Of a DNA stretch of 64,000 bases, positions 1 to 8,871 are shown one piece after another. The notes below the pieces were generated by a model. It saw only the letters and a list, made by a program, of their open reading frames with translations. It was not told the DNA's origin and did not search any database. Position 1 is the first letter of the stretch. The number at the start of each line of letters is the position of its first letter. This DNA is from Candidatus Bathyarchaeota archaeon (GTDB taxonomy: Archaea > Thermoproteota > Bathyarchaeia > Bathyarchaeales > Bathyarchaeaceae), in assembly GCA_026967815.1 (NCBI GenBank), contig JAPUUO010000001.1, positions 4,034 to 68,033 of the forward strand, in the 5' to 3' direction. The position numbers and the translations under genes are program-made.

Positions 1-1
1 C

Positions 2-791
2 TTTCGCTCTTTGACTGAGACGTGGAAAACGGTGGAGGGTTGGCCTGATTATGAAGTCAGTAGTTTCGGAAGAGTCCGCTCCAAAGAACGGATGAATCGA
101 GGCAGACGTTTTGGGGGGCATTTTAACACCGCAGTTGCTCTACAAAGACAAAGAATATCTTAGTGTTATGTTTTGCAAGAACGGCAAACACAAAAGATTC
201 AGCATCCATCGTCTGGTTGCCGAAGCTTTTATTCCTAACCCGGAGAACAAACCGCAGGTCAATCACATTGACGAGAATCCCAACAATAATTGCGTTTGGA
301 ATCTTGAATGGGTTACAGCGAAGGAAAACTGCAATCACGGTACAAGGATAGCACGCATCAAATCGAATATGCCGCATAATAAGGCAATTTATCAACTCTC
401 TATGAGCGGAGAGATTGTTGCCGAATATCCGACGATTCAAAGCGCAGCAAAAACAACGGATATTTGTGCTGGCCACATTTGTGATTGTTGCAAGGGCAAT
501 CGTTCATTCGCAAATGGTTACAAATGGCGATATGTTGATGAGATTCTTAATCAACATACGCAAACAAGACTGAACGAGCGTGAAAAAGGATATTGGGAGG
601 GGCGCAAGAGAACGGCTCTCAAAAATTCCAAAAGAGTATTTCAATGCGATATGCAAGGGAATGTCTTAGGTGAATATATCTCAACCGCAGAAGCATCCCG
701 ACAAACAGGAATATGCACCCCCGGCATAATAAACGTCTGTAATGGCAAAGCAAGACAAGCGGGCGGCTACATTTGGCGATATGCGGACTAA
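2..791 (+). pseudogene. NUMOD4/HNH homing endonuclease, 5'-cut by window edge and frame-disrupted at a T4G6 run
   Basis: The frame from nt 2 reads ETWKTVEGWPDYEVSSFGRVRSKERMNRGRRFGG (NUMOD4 signature) and stops at 161-163. The frame of ORF 111-791 continues ILTPQ..HRLVAEAFIPNPENKPQVNHIDENPNNNCVWNLEWVTAKEN (HNH) plus two GYKWRY/GGYIWRY C-terminal repeats. Deleting one G of G6 (113-118) joins the two frames. Confidence 0.6.
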
Positions 792-869
792 GATGTTCAT
801 CGCCGAGCCGCCCGAACCGAAATCAAGACAGCTTACATTATTCGACTGCCACATAACAATACTGTCGAC

Positions 870-1316
870 ATGATACAATGGAATGAACAAAACAGAAACA
901 GGATGAAGGCTCTGTATGCCAAATCCACGACCAAGGAAATCGCCGCAGAACTCGGCACGACCGAGAGGGCGATATACAAAGAGGCGAACAAGCTCGGATT
1001 GCACAAGAAGCAGCCTAACGCCATCGTCCTGACCGAGCAGCAGAAATCATGGCTGGTACGCAATTTCCCGCACGTCTCCAATGATGTGTGCGCCTCGATA
1101 CTCGGCATGAGCCTCCGCACGGTCGTGCGCAAGGCGCGGAGGCTGGGACTTGAAAAGACGGCACAGTTTCGTCACGAATGCTCGCTCTACGGCAGCAAAA
1201 GAGCCGTGGAAACACTCAGGCGTAGCGGCAAGCTGCCTCAGAAAGGCTACTACTCGCCCAACCTACAGAAAGGCGAGCCGTACCAGTTCAAACGCAAAAC
1301 AGCAGCTGGAGAATGA
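870..1316 (+). CDS. DNA-binding protein with two tandem HTH-like segments
   Basis: 148 aa. Contains TTKEIAAELGTTERAIYKEANKLGL and NDVCASILGMSLRTVVRKARRLGL. Its stop overlaps the next ATG (ATGA). Confidence 0.5.
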   Translation: MIQWNEQNRNRMKALYAKSTTKEIAAELGTTERAIYKEANKLGLHKKQPNAIVLTEQQKSWLVRNFPHVSNDVCASILGMSLRTVVRKARRLGLEKTAQFRHECSLYGSKRAVETLRRSGKLPQKGYYSPNLQKGEPYQFKRKTAAGE

Positions 1317-2167
1317 CCTACCTACAGCTCATCAACCGCTTCTGGGACGCAGACCGCGCGTCCCCTTTCTCGCCCTGCGAGACGAGGCTCTACATGCTTC
1401 TTCTCGATGCCGCCAACCGCAAAGGCTGGAACGCGGAGCTTCCGTACACCAAAGAGGAGCTTGCGGAACGTCTCGACGTAGCCGCCACTACGTTTCTAAG
1501 GGCGAGGAGACGGCTCTCCGAAGCAGGGCTTATTACTTATGCCGAGAACTGCGGAGGACGCAAAAAAAGGACAGTCTACACCATAGCCGACGCACCGAAA
1601 AAGGGTAGCATGGTGAAACCCTTTACAGCCGAAAAGGGTATCGAAAAGGGTATCAAAAATGATACAGTTTATGCTACCCTTTCCGAGCAAAAGGGTAGCG
1701 AAAAGGGTAGCATGGTGAAACCCTTTACACCTATAGATATAGATTTGTCATCATATAGACATAAAGACTATATAGTAGAAGAAAAAGAAAACTACTCAAA
1801 AGAAAAAATTCCGCACGGCATTTCCGCTTTCGCTCCCGAGGAAGAAATCTCGGATGTGGTCGCGCAGCTCAAAGACGAGGGCGCGTGGGGCGAATCGGTG
1901 TGCATGAAGTTCCGACTTTCCCCCGACAGTCTTACCGACCTCCTTGACGAGTACCGTCTCCACTGCATGACGATAGGGGAGGAGCGCAAGACCGTCAAAG
2001 ACGCCAAGCGGCATTTCACAAACTGGCTGCGTGCGAAAGCGCGGTCAGAAAAAACAGACCGACATGAAACAGACCGAAAAGATAACCGCAGTGCTGGACG
2101 CGATGAACGTGACGCAGCCTTCCGCAGCTATGTCATCAACAAGCTCTCAAACGGCGATGGTGGCTGA
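1313..2167 (+). CDS. Replication-initiator-like winged-helix protein (function inferred)
   Basis: 284 aa. The N-terminal segment EELAERLDVAATTFLRARRRLSEAGLI is wHTH-like. The central low-complexity linker (KKGSMVKPFTAEKGIEKGI..KGSEKGSMVKPFTP) is encoded by the iteron-like cluster, a lambda O-like arrangement. Confidence 0.4.
   Translation: MTYLQLINRFWDADRASPFSPCETRLYMLLLDAANRKGWNAELPYTKEELAERLDVAATTFLRARRRLSEAGLITYAENCGGRKKRTVYTIADAPKKGSMVKPFTAEKGIEKGIKNDTVYATLSEQKGSEKGSMVKPFTPIDIDLSSYRHKDYIVEEKENYSKEKIPHGISAFAPEEEISDVVAQLKDEGAWGESVCMKFRLSPDSLTDLLDEYRLHCMTIGEERKTVKDAKRHFTNWLRAKARSEKTDRHETDRKDNRSAGRDERDAAFRSYVINKLSNGDGG
1596..1729. repeat. Iteron-like cluster: six direct AAAGGGTA(G/T)C boxes, inverted copies, and a perfect 27-bp direct repeat (1601-1627 = 1703-1729)
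   Basis: Direct boxes read at 1596-1609, 1630-1642, 1642-1654, 1688-1699 and 1699-1711. An inverted box lies at 1673-1684. Each 27-mer contains the palindrome AAAGGGT..ACCCTTT. Confidence 0.8.
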
Positions 2168-2708
2168 ACGCTACGGCGACGCGATGCACTTCCTGTCGGT
2201 TTTCAATCCCGACATGCAGCTGCGCTACAGCACGGACAAGGACAGGTGCTTCCGTGGCAAAGCCCCCGAGCTTGGGCTTGTAAGCCGCACCTATGGAGCA
2301 GGCGTGGCCGAGTCGTGGCTCATGGGACAGCTCCACGAGCTTGGAGAATACACAGGAGTGCGCGACAAGCAGACCGACAGGCAGAAGGAGGACACGGCCA
2401 AGGTGATAATCGCCGAGTTCGGGCATCTCAAAGTTACCGAGATGATGTATTTCTTCGTTCTTCTCAAATCCGGGCGTTTCGGCAGGTTCTACGGCGCGGT
2501 GGATGCCATGGCCATCACTTCTGCGCTAAGGGAGTTCCTGAAAATACGTGATGCGGAACTTGACCGCATCATCCAAGCCGAGCAGCAGACGGAACATGAG
2601 CGCGAAACAGCTCTGCGGAAGCGCGAAGTTATGACCTACGAGGAGTATGAAGAACTTCGGTGGCTGTTCAACATGGGCTATGAGCCGCGCCACCTGCACC
2701 GCTATTGA
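2064..2708 (+). CDS. Hypothetical early protein
   Basis: Starts MKQTEK, the same N-terminal pattern as the next two genes (MTQTEK, MTEREK). An alternative start at 2157 would give only an 11-nt overlap with the upstream gene. Confidence 0.5.
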   Translation: MKQTEKITAVLDAMNVTQPSAAMSSTSSQTAMVAERYGDAMHFLSVFNPDMQLRYSTDKDRCFRGKAPELGLVSRTYGAGVAESWLMGQLHELGEYTGVRDKQTDRQKEDTAKVIIAEFGHLKVTEMMYFFVLLKSGRFGRFYGAVDAMAITSALREFLKIRDAELDRIIQAEQQTEHERETALRKREVMTYEEYEELRWLFNMGYEPRHLHRY

Positions 2709-2736
2709 CACACTCAACAAACACAATCCTACAGAT

Positions 2737-2961
2737 ATGACACAGACAGAAAAGACCGTATTAGACCCCGAGACGCTGCGCTGGTGGACCACCCCGAAGC
2801 GCGGTCCCCTCGGATGGGGATTCTCCCCCAGAGACGAATGGCTCGCAGCAAAAGCCATGAAAGCAGCCTCAGAGTTCATGCGAGGCTACGGCAAAGGGCG
2901 CGCTCATCGCATGATAGACAAATCACGTTACGAACAAGGCACAAACAACCAGCAGCCATGA
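2737..2961 (+). CDS. Hypothetical protein
   Basis: ATG at 2737 (MTQTEKTVLDPETLRWW..). Its stop overlaps the next ATG. Confidence 0.5.
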   Translation: MTQTEKTVLDPETLRWWTTPKRGPLGWGFSPRDEWLAAKAMKAASEFMRGYGKGRAHRMIDKSRYEQGTNNQQP

Positions 2962-3431
2962 CCGAAAGAGAGAAGATACAGCACCGCCTGTCCGTTCACC
3001 GCCTGGAACTCCGCGACCACATGCGCGGACGTGTGGCCGTCACCCCGAGAGCAAAGACACTGCTTGCAAAGATAGCCGAGGACGAAACAGCCCTGCGCGA
3101 GCTTGACCGCGAGGAAGCCGACCGTCTCGCACTCGCAGACGCGCCTGTCGACGATGTGCTGCAAGTGGTAATGATTCCGCTGCTGGCCGACGTGATGAAC
3201 GATGTCGTTGCAGGAGTCAACGGCATGCTCCGTAGGCGCGGATGCACCGAGACGGTCTTTGCGGACTACACCGCCGCATTGCAGAAAACGGCCTTGAAGA
3301 TGGTTGACACCCTCGCCGCCTCGGAGGCCGGGATGCCGAAGCTCCTCGATGTCGACGATACTCTCATAGATGCCGTCAAGAAGAAACTAATGTCATTTAT
3401 AAAACAACGTCTGAATATCACTAAATCGTAA
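2958..3431 (+). CDS. Hypothetical protein
   Basis: ATG at 2958 (MTEREKIQHRL..). Lies in the + operon. Confidence 0.55.
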   Translation: MTEREKIQHRLSVHRLELRDHMRGRVAVTPRAKTLLAKIAEDETALRELDREEADRLALADAPVDDVLQVVMIPLLADVMNDVVAGVNGMLRRRGCTETVFADYTAALQKTALKMVDTLAASEAGMPKLLDVDDTLIDAVKKKLMSFIKQRLNITKS

Positions 3432-3435
3432 GAAA

Positions 3436-3660
3436 ATGGATAAAAACGACCAAGAGAGCAATGTCTTGACATGCGATAAAGCAGAAGTGCTTAAATTCTA
3501 TGAGCATCTGCTGGGCGTGGTAGAAAAGCTGCGTATGAGTGAGCATTTCTCAGAGCTGTGCGAGCTTGAAAGTGAATATATCTCGCTATTTGGCGGAGAG
3601 GAAGCTTTCGGCTTGATGTTTTACTCCGAGTTTCACCCCGAAGAAACGAATGAACAATGA
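3436..3660 (+). CDS. Hypothetical acidic protein
   Basis: 74-aa ORF tightly packed in the operon. Confidence 0.5.
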   Translation: MDKNDQESNVLTCDKAEVLKFYEHLLGVVEKLRMSEHFSELCELESEYISLFGGEEAFGLMFYSEFHPEETNEQ

Positions 3661-3947
3661 CACCCGGACAAATCACAGACATAGCCCGCGAGTATGCGGA
3701 GTTTACCGACCTTTCCCCGGCGGACCAAAAGATTATCAGTGTGGTAAGTGAGAACTTCCTCCAATATATCATGTATCGCTACTGCCTCGTTGAGAAAGCC
3801 AAACTGATTGAGGAATACAAGTCTGCAAAACAGGACAACAAAATGGCACATAGAGAAAAGTTGTACTCCATGCTCGCAGTAGCAGAGGCGAGAAAGGCGT
3901 TGCTCGAATCTCTCTTTCCCGAAATAGCAAAGGAGGTGGAAGAATGA
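3657..3947 (+). CDS. Hypothetical protein
   Basis: 96-aa ORF with ATGA overlaps on both sides. Confidence 0.5.
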   Translation: MTPGQITDIAREYAEFTDLSPADQKIISVVSENFLQYIMYRYCLVEKAKLIEEYKSAKQDNKMAHREKLYSMLAVAEARKALLESLFPEIAKEVEE

Positions 3948-4105
3948 TAACGGAAACAATCTACGACCTTTCAGAGCTTCACCACGGCGTATGCGAGTGG
4001 TGCGGTGAAGAATCCGATGAGATAGTCAGCACCGAAGACGGAGAAAAGTGCATAGACTGCATCGAAGAAGAAAAGTTTTACCAAGAAACAATGAGAGGTC
4101 TATGA
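3944..4105 (+). CDS. Small zinc-ribbon-like protein (53 aa)
   Basis: Hand-translated as MITETIYDLSELHHGVCEWCGEESDEIVSTEDGEKCIDCIEEEKFYQETMRGL, with CxxC..CxxC. ATGA coupling to both neighbours. Below the ORF-track size cutoff. Confidence 0.5.
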   Translation: MITETIYDLSELHHGVCEWCGEESDEIVSTEDGEKCIDCIEEEKFYQETMRGL

Positions 4106-4746
4106 AGAAGATTCTTTTCAACGATAAATTCCAACTCACCCAAGCCGTGCTTGACGGTCGAAAGACACAGACAAGGAGGATAATCAATCCGCAGCCCGAA
4201 GTTTCAGAAAGAATGGGTATGGTTTGGAAAGGTTATGCTTATGGCATCACAAGCCCATACGGCTCGCCATGTTTCCTAAAAGACGTATATCACAACTTTC
4301 TTTCTGGGACAAATTACCCTCAATGTCGAAGATACAAGGTCGGCGAAGTGGTAGCCGTGGCGCAAAGCTACAATGATTGCGGATATGACGGCAATACTTA
4401 TCTTGGTGTTGAGGGTGGATGGGTCCCGTTTAGCGAAACAGCCGGATGGACTAATAAAATGTTCACATTGGCAGACCAAATGCAGCATTTCATCCGCATA
4501 ACCGATGTGAGGGTGGAACGACTCAACGACATATCGGAATCCGACTGCCTCGCTGAAGGTGTATTACATTCAGACAAATACGCAATGCCCTATGGCATCC
4601 CCGACAGAAAAGCACCTAACGGAGTTGACTTCTATTATTCCACTCCCCGTGAAGCCTACGCCGCTCTGATAGACAAGATTTCGGGCAAAGGAACCTTCGA
4701 GAGCAATCCCTATGTATTCGTTTACGAATTTGAATTAGTGAAGTGA
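4102..4746 (+). CDS. ASCH-domain-like protein
   Basis: Start MKKILFNDKFQLTQAVLDGRKTQTRR matches the typical ASCH N-terminal pattern. The ORF-track start at 4048 is probably too far upstream. Confidence 0.45.
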   Translation: MKKILFNDKFQLTQAVLDGRKTQTRRIINPQPEVSERMGMVWKGYAYGITSPYGSPCFLKDVYHNFLSGTNYPQCRRYKVGEVVAVAQSYNDCGYDGNTYLGVEGGWVPFSETAGWTNKMFTLADQMQHFIRITDVRVERLNDISESDCLAEGVLHSDKYAMPYGIPDRKAPNGVDFYYSTPREAYAALIDKISGKGTFESNPYVFVYEFELVK

Positions 4747-4747
4747 T

Positions 4748-5101
4748 ATGGTTAAAGCAAAAAGAAAGGCTGATGGCGAAATAATAGATGTGTCATCGGT
4801 CGAATATACCAACATAAGAACCAACGTAAAAAGCCGATACTGCTCAAAGGACGGCAAGATGTACCCACTTTCCGACCTCGACTTCCTCCCCGAAAAAGAG
4901 ACGGCGGTGATGGAGGGGTGGGTAGCTCGTGACAATTTCGGTGTATTCCTATTTGAGGGTGAACCGACGAGGGATGAATGGCTGGAAGAATGGAAAGCAC
5001 CGGCTCGCTTTTTGAAATTGCCAACAGACTCTTTCCCCTCCGTGACGTGGCAGAGCGAGCCTAAGAAAGTAAGAATCGAGCTGACGCTTATTGACGAATG
5101 A
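4748..5101 (+). CDS. Hypothetical protein
   Basis: 117-aa ORF, last gene of the + block. Confidence 0.5.
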   Translation: MVKAKRKADGEIIDVSSVEYTNIRTNVKSRYCSKDGKMYPLSDLDFLPEKETAVMEGWVARDNFGVFLFEGEPTRDEWLEEWKAPARFLKLPTDSFPSVTWQSEPKKVRIELTLIDE

Positions 5102-5104
5102 ATC

Positions 5105-5150
5105 ATCCCCGGCTGTTCCAATCAAACGGAGCGGTCGGGGATTTTGCGTT
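5105..5150 (+). terminator. Intrinsic terminator at the convergence point
   Basis: ATCCCCG (5105-5111) pairs with CGGGGAT (5136-5142), followed by TTTTGCGTTT. Confidence 0.6.
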
Positions 5151-5557
5151 TAATGCCCTCTGCAATGCTCACACAGATAGTGGCTCACGACCGGGTGCAT
5201 CTTGCGCCCTATCTCTCCGGCAAGATAGCATACCTCCTCGCCTTTTAAATCCAACCCTAAGACATCCGCTATCTGAGTCGCGAGATGATGCTTCTCGTGG
5301 TCGATGGAGTCAGCAAACTCCTCCACGTTGGTTGTAACCGTCACGACCAGCACACTCTCGCCGTCCCCGGTGTAGCAGATACCGCAGTTAGGATTGCCGG
5401 AGGAAAGATTGTCATAGGCACGTTCAAGGCTCTCGTCATCCGCTCCGGCTCGCTCCATTGTCTGCAATATCTCCTCAACCTCATAGTGGGTCACGGCGTA
5501 ATAGCAGGTGATTTTCCATCCGTCGGCACGTTCAAGATATATGGTTTGGCGTATCAT
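5150..5557 (-). CDS. Small protein with HExxH motif (possible mini zinc-metallopeptidase)
   Basis: 135 aa. Contains SIDHEKHHLATQI (HExxH) and a C-terminal CEHCRGH. Last gene of the - late operon. Confidence 0.3.
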   Translation of the reverse strand: MIRQTIYLERADGWKITCYYAVTHYEVEEILQTMERAGADDESLERAYDNLSSGNPNCGICYTGDGESVLVVTVTTNVEEFADSIDHEKHHLATQIADVLGLDLKGEEVCYLAGEIGRKMHPVVSHYLCEHCRGH

Positions 5558-5561
5558 AGCT

Positions 5562-6362
5562 TTATTCTTTGAATTTCCATATATACTTTCCTCTAAATTT
5601 TTGCAAGCGAATTGAACGAGAGCGATTGGATGGAGCAGAGCCGTAGACTTCGCACACCGCTTTTAATGACGGCCATTCTTTTATGAAATTTCCCTCTTTG
5701 TCATATTGAAGAACTGCCTTAGCATTCGTATGTGTGGGCTTATTGTATTGGGCATTATCTAATTTCAAAAAACTCCAAATATACCCTCCAGCCGAATATG
5801 TGTGACCCAAACATACTCGCCCTATGGCAGTATTCTTTATACCAGTATGACGAGCTGCTTCTGCGGCACTTTCGTATTCAGCAATAAACTCTCCGTTCAT
5901 AGCATATTGGTAAACTTTTTTGGGAGCATTTGGAGTGTTTTTGATTATTTTAGTCGCATTGCTTCTATTGGCGACCTCCGAAATATATGTATTATCTCTG
6001 CAATGTTGCATTGTTAATACATTGTTGGCGTTCTCCTTAGGCGTAACCCATCGTAGATTTGACAATGAATAGTTGGTTACATCGGTGTCAATATGGTCTA
6101 TAAACGGTTTATTGTCGGGGTTGGGAATAAAGGCCAATGCAATTATACGATGTAGCGGAGTGACTCGACTCTTCCTGTTCTTACACAAAGTGACACAAGG
6201 ATAACCACCGGACCCGCTGTGGACTTCTTTTATGCGCCCTCTTACGTGGCGCATAGACTTACCTTGCGGAACATAACGCTCAACTGATTTAACTCGACCG
6301 AGATTGCTCACTTCATACAGCCCCTCATAACCTACTACTGGTTTCCAAATTTCTTGCTCCAT
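5562..6362 (-). CDS. NUMOD4/HNH homing endonuclease
   Basis: From ATG 6362: MEQEIWKPVVGYEGLYEVSNLGRVKS..HRIIALAFIPNPDNKPFIDHID..LRWVTPKENANN, with C-terminal GGYIWSF/GKYIWKF repeats. The gene is visibly AT-rich relative to its flanks. Confidence 0.85.
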   Translation of the reverse strand: MEQEIWKPVVGYEGLYEVSNLGRVKSVERYVPQGKSMRHVRGRIKEVHSGSGGYPCVTLCKNRKSRVTPLHRIIALAFIPNPDNKPFIDHIDTDVTNYSLSNLRWVTPKENANNVLTMQHCRDNTYISEVANRSNATKIIKNTPNAPKKVYQYAMNGEFIAEYESAAEAARHTGIKNTAIGRVCLGHTYSAGGYIWSFLKLDNAQYNKPTHTNAKAVLQYDKEGNFIKEWPSLKAVCEVYGSAPSNRSRSIRLQKFRGKYIWKFKE

Positions 6363-6430
6363 AATCTGTTTATTATTATATACAAAGATATAATCTTTGC
6401 GCCAAATAACCAAATTATTTGCAAGTTTTT

Positions 6431-6853
6431 TTAGAGCCAATCATCCCAATCTGCGCCTATGCCTTTTGCATCAAGGTCAACAAGAAAGTGGCGGAAAGCA
6501 TTGCCCCCTTTGAGGTCAGGGTCCCCTATCATATCGGCGACATACTGACACAATCCCTTTTCGTCAATGATGCTTGACTTGTAGAGGTCTGCCTTGGCTT
6601 GGTGGAAGTAATAGCAGAAGTCGTAGCCTACATTATCCTCAATCTTAATGCCATACTTCTGCAAAAGTTCCTCAATCTGCTCCTTCGGAACATATTCTAT
6701 ACGCTCCAGCTTGCCCGTAGCAGGATTTAGACGGCGCATCCCTTTGACTGCGGATTCAAGAGATTTTTTCGCAAAGTGATAGCCATACGAGCGCAAGTAC
6801 GCCCTCATTGACTCAGGAAGTTTCAATTCGTAGTTATCCAATGGTGTTGCCAT
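6431..6853 (-). CDS. Hypothetical protein
   Basis: 140-aa ORF with no recognisable motif. Confidence 0.5.
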   Translation of the reverse strand: MATPLDNYELKLPESMRAYLRSYGYHFAKKSLESAVKGMRRLNPATGKLERIEYVPKEQIEELLQKYGIKIEDNVGYDFCYYFHQAKADLYKSSIIDEKGLCQYVADMIGDPDLKGGNAFRHFLVDLDAKGIGADWDDWL

Positions 6854-6945
6854 ATCTTCTAAAGTTGATAGCTAATAAGTTAATGGAGCGAATATCGCAA
6901 TCTGCGATAAGTTGCGACAAACTGCGACATTCGCCCCACGGTTAT

Positions 6946-7257
6946 TTATCGGCGATAGCGTGAGTATCGACCGGTTCCTCTGACACCACGGCGTTCGCCG
7001 AAGTCGTCGTCATCGTCCCAGCCGTCATCCTCGCGGTTGCCGTAACGGTTGCCGTAGTTACCGCCACCATTGCCGCCGGAATAGCCGCCGCCACGGTTTC
7101 CATAGCGGTTTCCGTAGCCTCCGCGCTCGCCCATCTGCGACTCCTCGGCAAGGTCTTCGATGCACTCATAAAGTTCCTTGCCGTATTTGAGGAGCTTCTT
7201 CGCCTTGTCTCTCAGCTCGTCTTTTTCCTCGGAGCTGATTTCAATTATATAGCCCAT
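6946..7257 (-). CDS. Gly/Arg/Tyr/Asn low-complexity (RGG-like) protein
   Basis: 103 aa. A helical acidic N-terminus is followed by GERGGYGNRYGNRGGGYSGGNGGGNYGNRYGNREDDGWDDDDDFGERRGVRGTGRYSRYRR. Confidence 0.55.
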   Translation of the reverse strand: MGYIIEISSEEKDELRDKAKKLLKYGKELYECIEDLAEESQMGERGGYGNRYGNRGGGYSGGNGGGNYGNRYGNREDDGWDDDDDFGERRGVRGTGRYSRYRR

Positions 7258-7259
7258 AT

Positions 7260-7799
7260 TTATTTTGTTTTAGAAGATTTGTTTCCGTCAGCATCGAGTT
7301 TTGCCAACACCTGTGCCATCATGTTCTTAAGCTCGGCATTGTCCGAAGCCATTGTAGCCATCTGATTCTTCATCGTGGCGATTTCCTGCTCGCGACGCTG
7401 GTTCTCGGCGTACTCAGGATTGAGCTGCATAAGTATCTCGTCATATTTGACAATCTTCTGCCGCTCCTCGTCCACGCGGTTGATGATGCCCACAGCTTCG
7501 TTTTTCAGAGTGGCGATTTCGGCGTTCATCGCATCGCGGCTCACGGTCACGAACACGTTGCCGTTGCTTACGTAGTTCGCGCTCTCCTTGTTTGCCGGAA
7601 GCTGCTGGAACTGACGCTGTGCGCCGCCGACATTGGCGAACACGTCAACTACCTGCTCCTGCATCTGCCCGAACTGCGGTGCTGTCGGGAACTTGTAGAC
7701 AGGCTGCGTTACCTGCGTGATGCTGCCGATTTCAATACGCGGCACACTCTCTTTATAGAGGATATAGATTGGTTGGTTTACTCTTGCTGACTGAAACAT
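7260..7799 (-). CDS. Hypothetical protein with C-terminal coiled coil
   Basis: ATG at 7799 (MFQSARVNQP..). The GTG at 7841 lies inside a perfect palindrome (7825-7848) and is unlikely to be the start. Confidence 0.5.
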   Translation of the reverse strand: MFQSARVNQPIYILYKESVPRIEIGSITQVTQPVYKFPTAPQFGQMQEQVVDVFANVGGAQRQFQQLPANKESANYVSNGNVFVTVSRDAMNAEIATLKNEAVGIINRVDEERQKIVKYDEILMQLNPEYAENQRREQEIATMKNQMATMASDNAELKNMMAQVLAKLDADGNKSSKTK

Positions 7800-7855
7800 A
7801 TCTTGGTTTGTGAATTGATAGAAGTGTGAGGGGAGTTTCACCCCTCACGGATTGT

Positions 7856-8341
7856 TTACTCTGTCGGCGTTGTCGCTGCCGCCCCTGCCGTGTTGGTGAA
7901 CTCCACGAAGCGTGCCACTCCGCGCCTCTTGTCTAGGTACAGAAGCCTCTCTGTTGTTCCCTGCACGTTCGCCCCGGTCACGTTATTGCCCTGCGAGTCC
8001 ACTACGGGCACCCTTGTAGAGGTCGAGCCTGTAGTAGCTCCCGTCGTCGAGGTCGTGGTGCTTCCACCCGGTATCGCGATATGGATAGGGAAGCCCTCGC
8101 CGCCTGTAGGCACGTCCGCATGGATAGTCAGCAGGATAAGACTCTCGCACGGCAATTCGCGGTACTCGCACGGATTGAAGCCGTAGACCACCTGCGAAGC
8201 GGTGGTGTCGAGCACAACGGAGTTGGTGCTGATTTTATATATGCCTCCTACGTCTATGCGTTTGAGGCGGCTGTGTGGCTGCTGCGGAATCACCCCCATA
8301 GGAGGCATCCACCAATACGGATTCATTGCGTTAGGATACAT
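7856..8341 (-). CDS. Hypothetical protein, Pro-rich N-terminus, Thr/Ser/Gly-rich patch
   Basis: 161-aa ORF. A possible beta-rich fibre-tip-like domain is a guess only. Confidence 0.45.
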   Translation of the reverse strand: MYPNAMNPYWWMPPMGVIPQQPHSRLKRIDVGGIYKISTNSVVLDTTASQVVYGFNPCEYRELPCESLILLTIHADVPTGGEGFPIHIAIPGGSTTTSTTGATTGSTSTRVPVVDSQGNNVTGANVQGTTERLLYLDKRRGVARFVEFTNTAGAAATTPTE

Positions 8342-8366
8342 AGCTAATCTTGTTTAGGGTTAAGAA

Positions 8367-8792
8367 TCAGCATCCGCATCCGTTAGCATAGGGGGCGACA
8401 CCGAAGCTGACGGGTTGTGAGTACGACACAGGCACAAGGTTGCTCATCGCAGGGATGTAGGGGATGTTCACAGTCGGGGGTTGTTTGCAGGCTATGTCGG
8501 AAAGCTGCTTGTAAATAGGAGCGAGTTCAGCCTGACGTTCCGAGCGGGCGGTGAGAGTGGCGATGATGCGGTCTTTCTCCGCAAGTTCACGGTCTTTGCG
8601 GCTGTCTTCGATGGCGTCGAGCTTCAGAAGCTCCTCCACGCCGGTACCCAGTTCCACAAGACGGCGAAGATACTTGCGCACCGTGTTGCGCGCTACGCCC
8701 GTCAGGTTGCTGATGCTTTTTGCTCCGGTGCCGCTGCCGTGACAGCGTAGCACCTGTCTTAGTTTGTTCATGCTTAGTCTTCGATTTGCCAT
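8367..8792 (-). CDS. IS21 IstA-N-terminus-like HTH DNA-binding protein with coiled coil (regulator or small-terminase candidate)
   Basis: MNKLRQVLRCHGSGTGAKSISNLTGVARNTVRKYLRRLVELG resembles Bacteroidota IstA N-terminal HTH. There is no DDE domain and no istB. A repeat array lies immediately upstream. Confidence 0.5.
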   Translation of the reverse strand: MANRRLSMNKLRQVLRCHGSGTGAKSISNLTGVARNTVRKYLRRLVELGTGVEELLKLDAIEDSRKDRELAEKDRIIATLTARSERQAELAPIYKQLSDIACKQPPTVNIPYIPAMSNLVPVSYSQPVSFGVAPYANGCGC

Positions 8793-8871
8793 CCATTATA
8801 TGTTTTATGTATTTTTAACATATAATATAGCCTCAAGACTCCTTTCCCGCAATCTTTTTTCCTCTTTTTCA

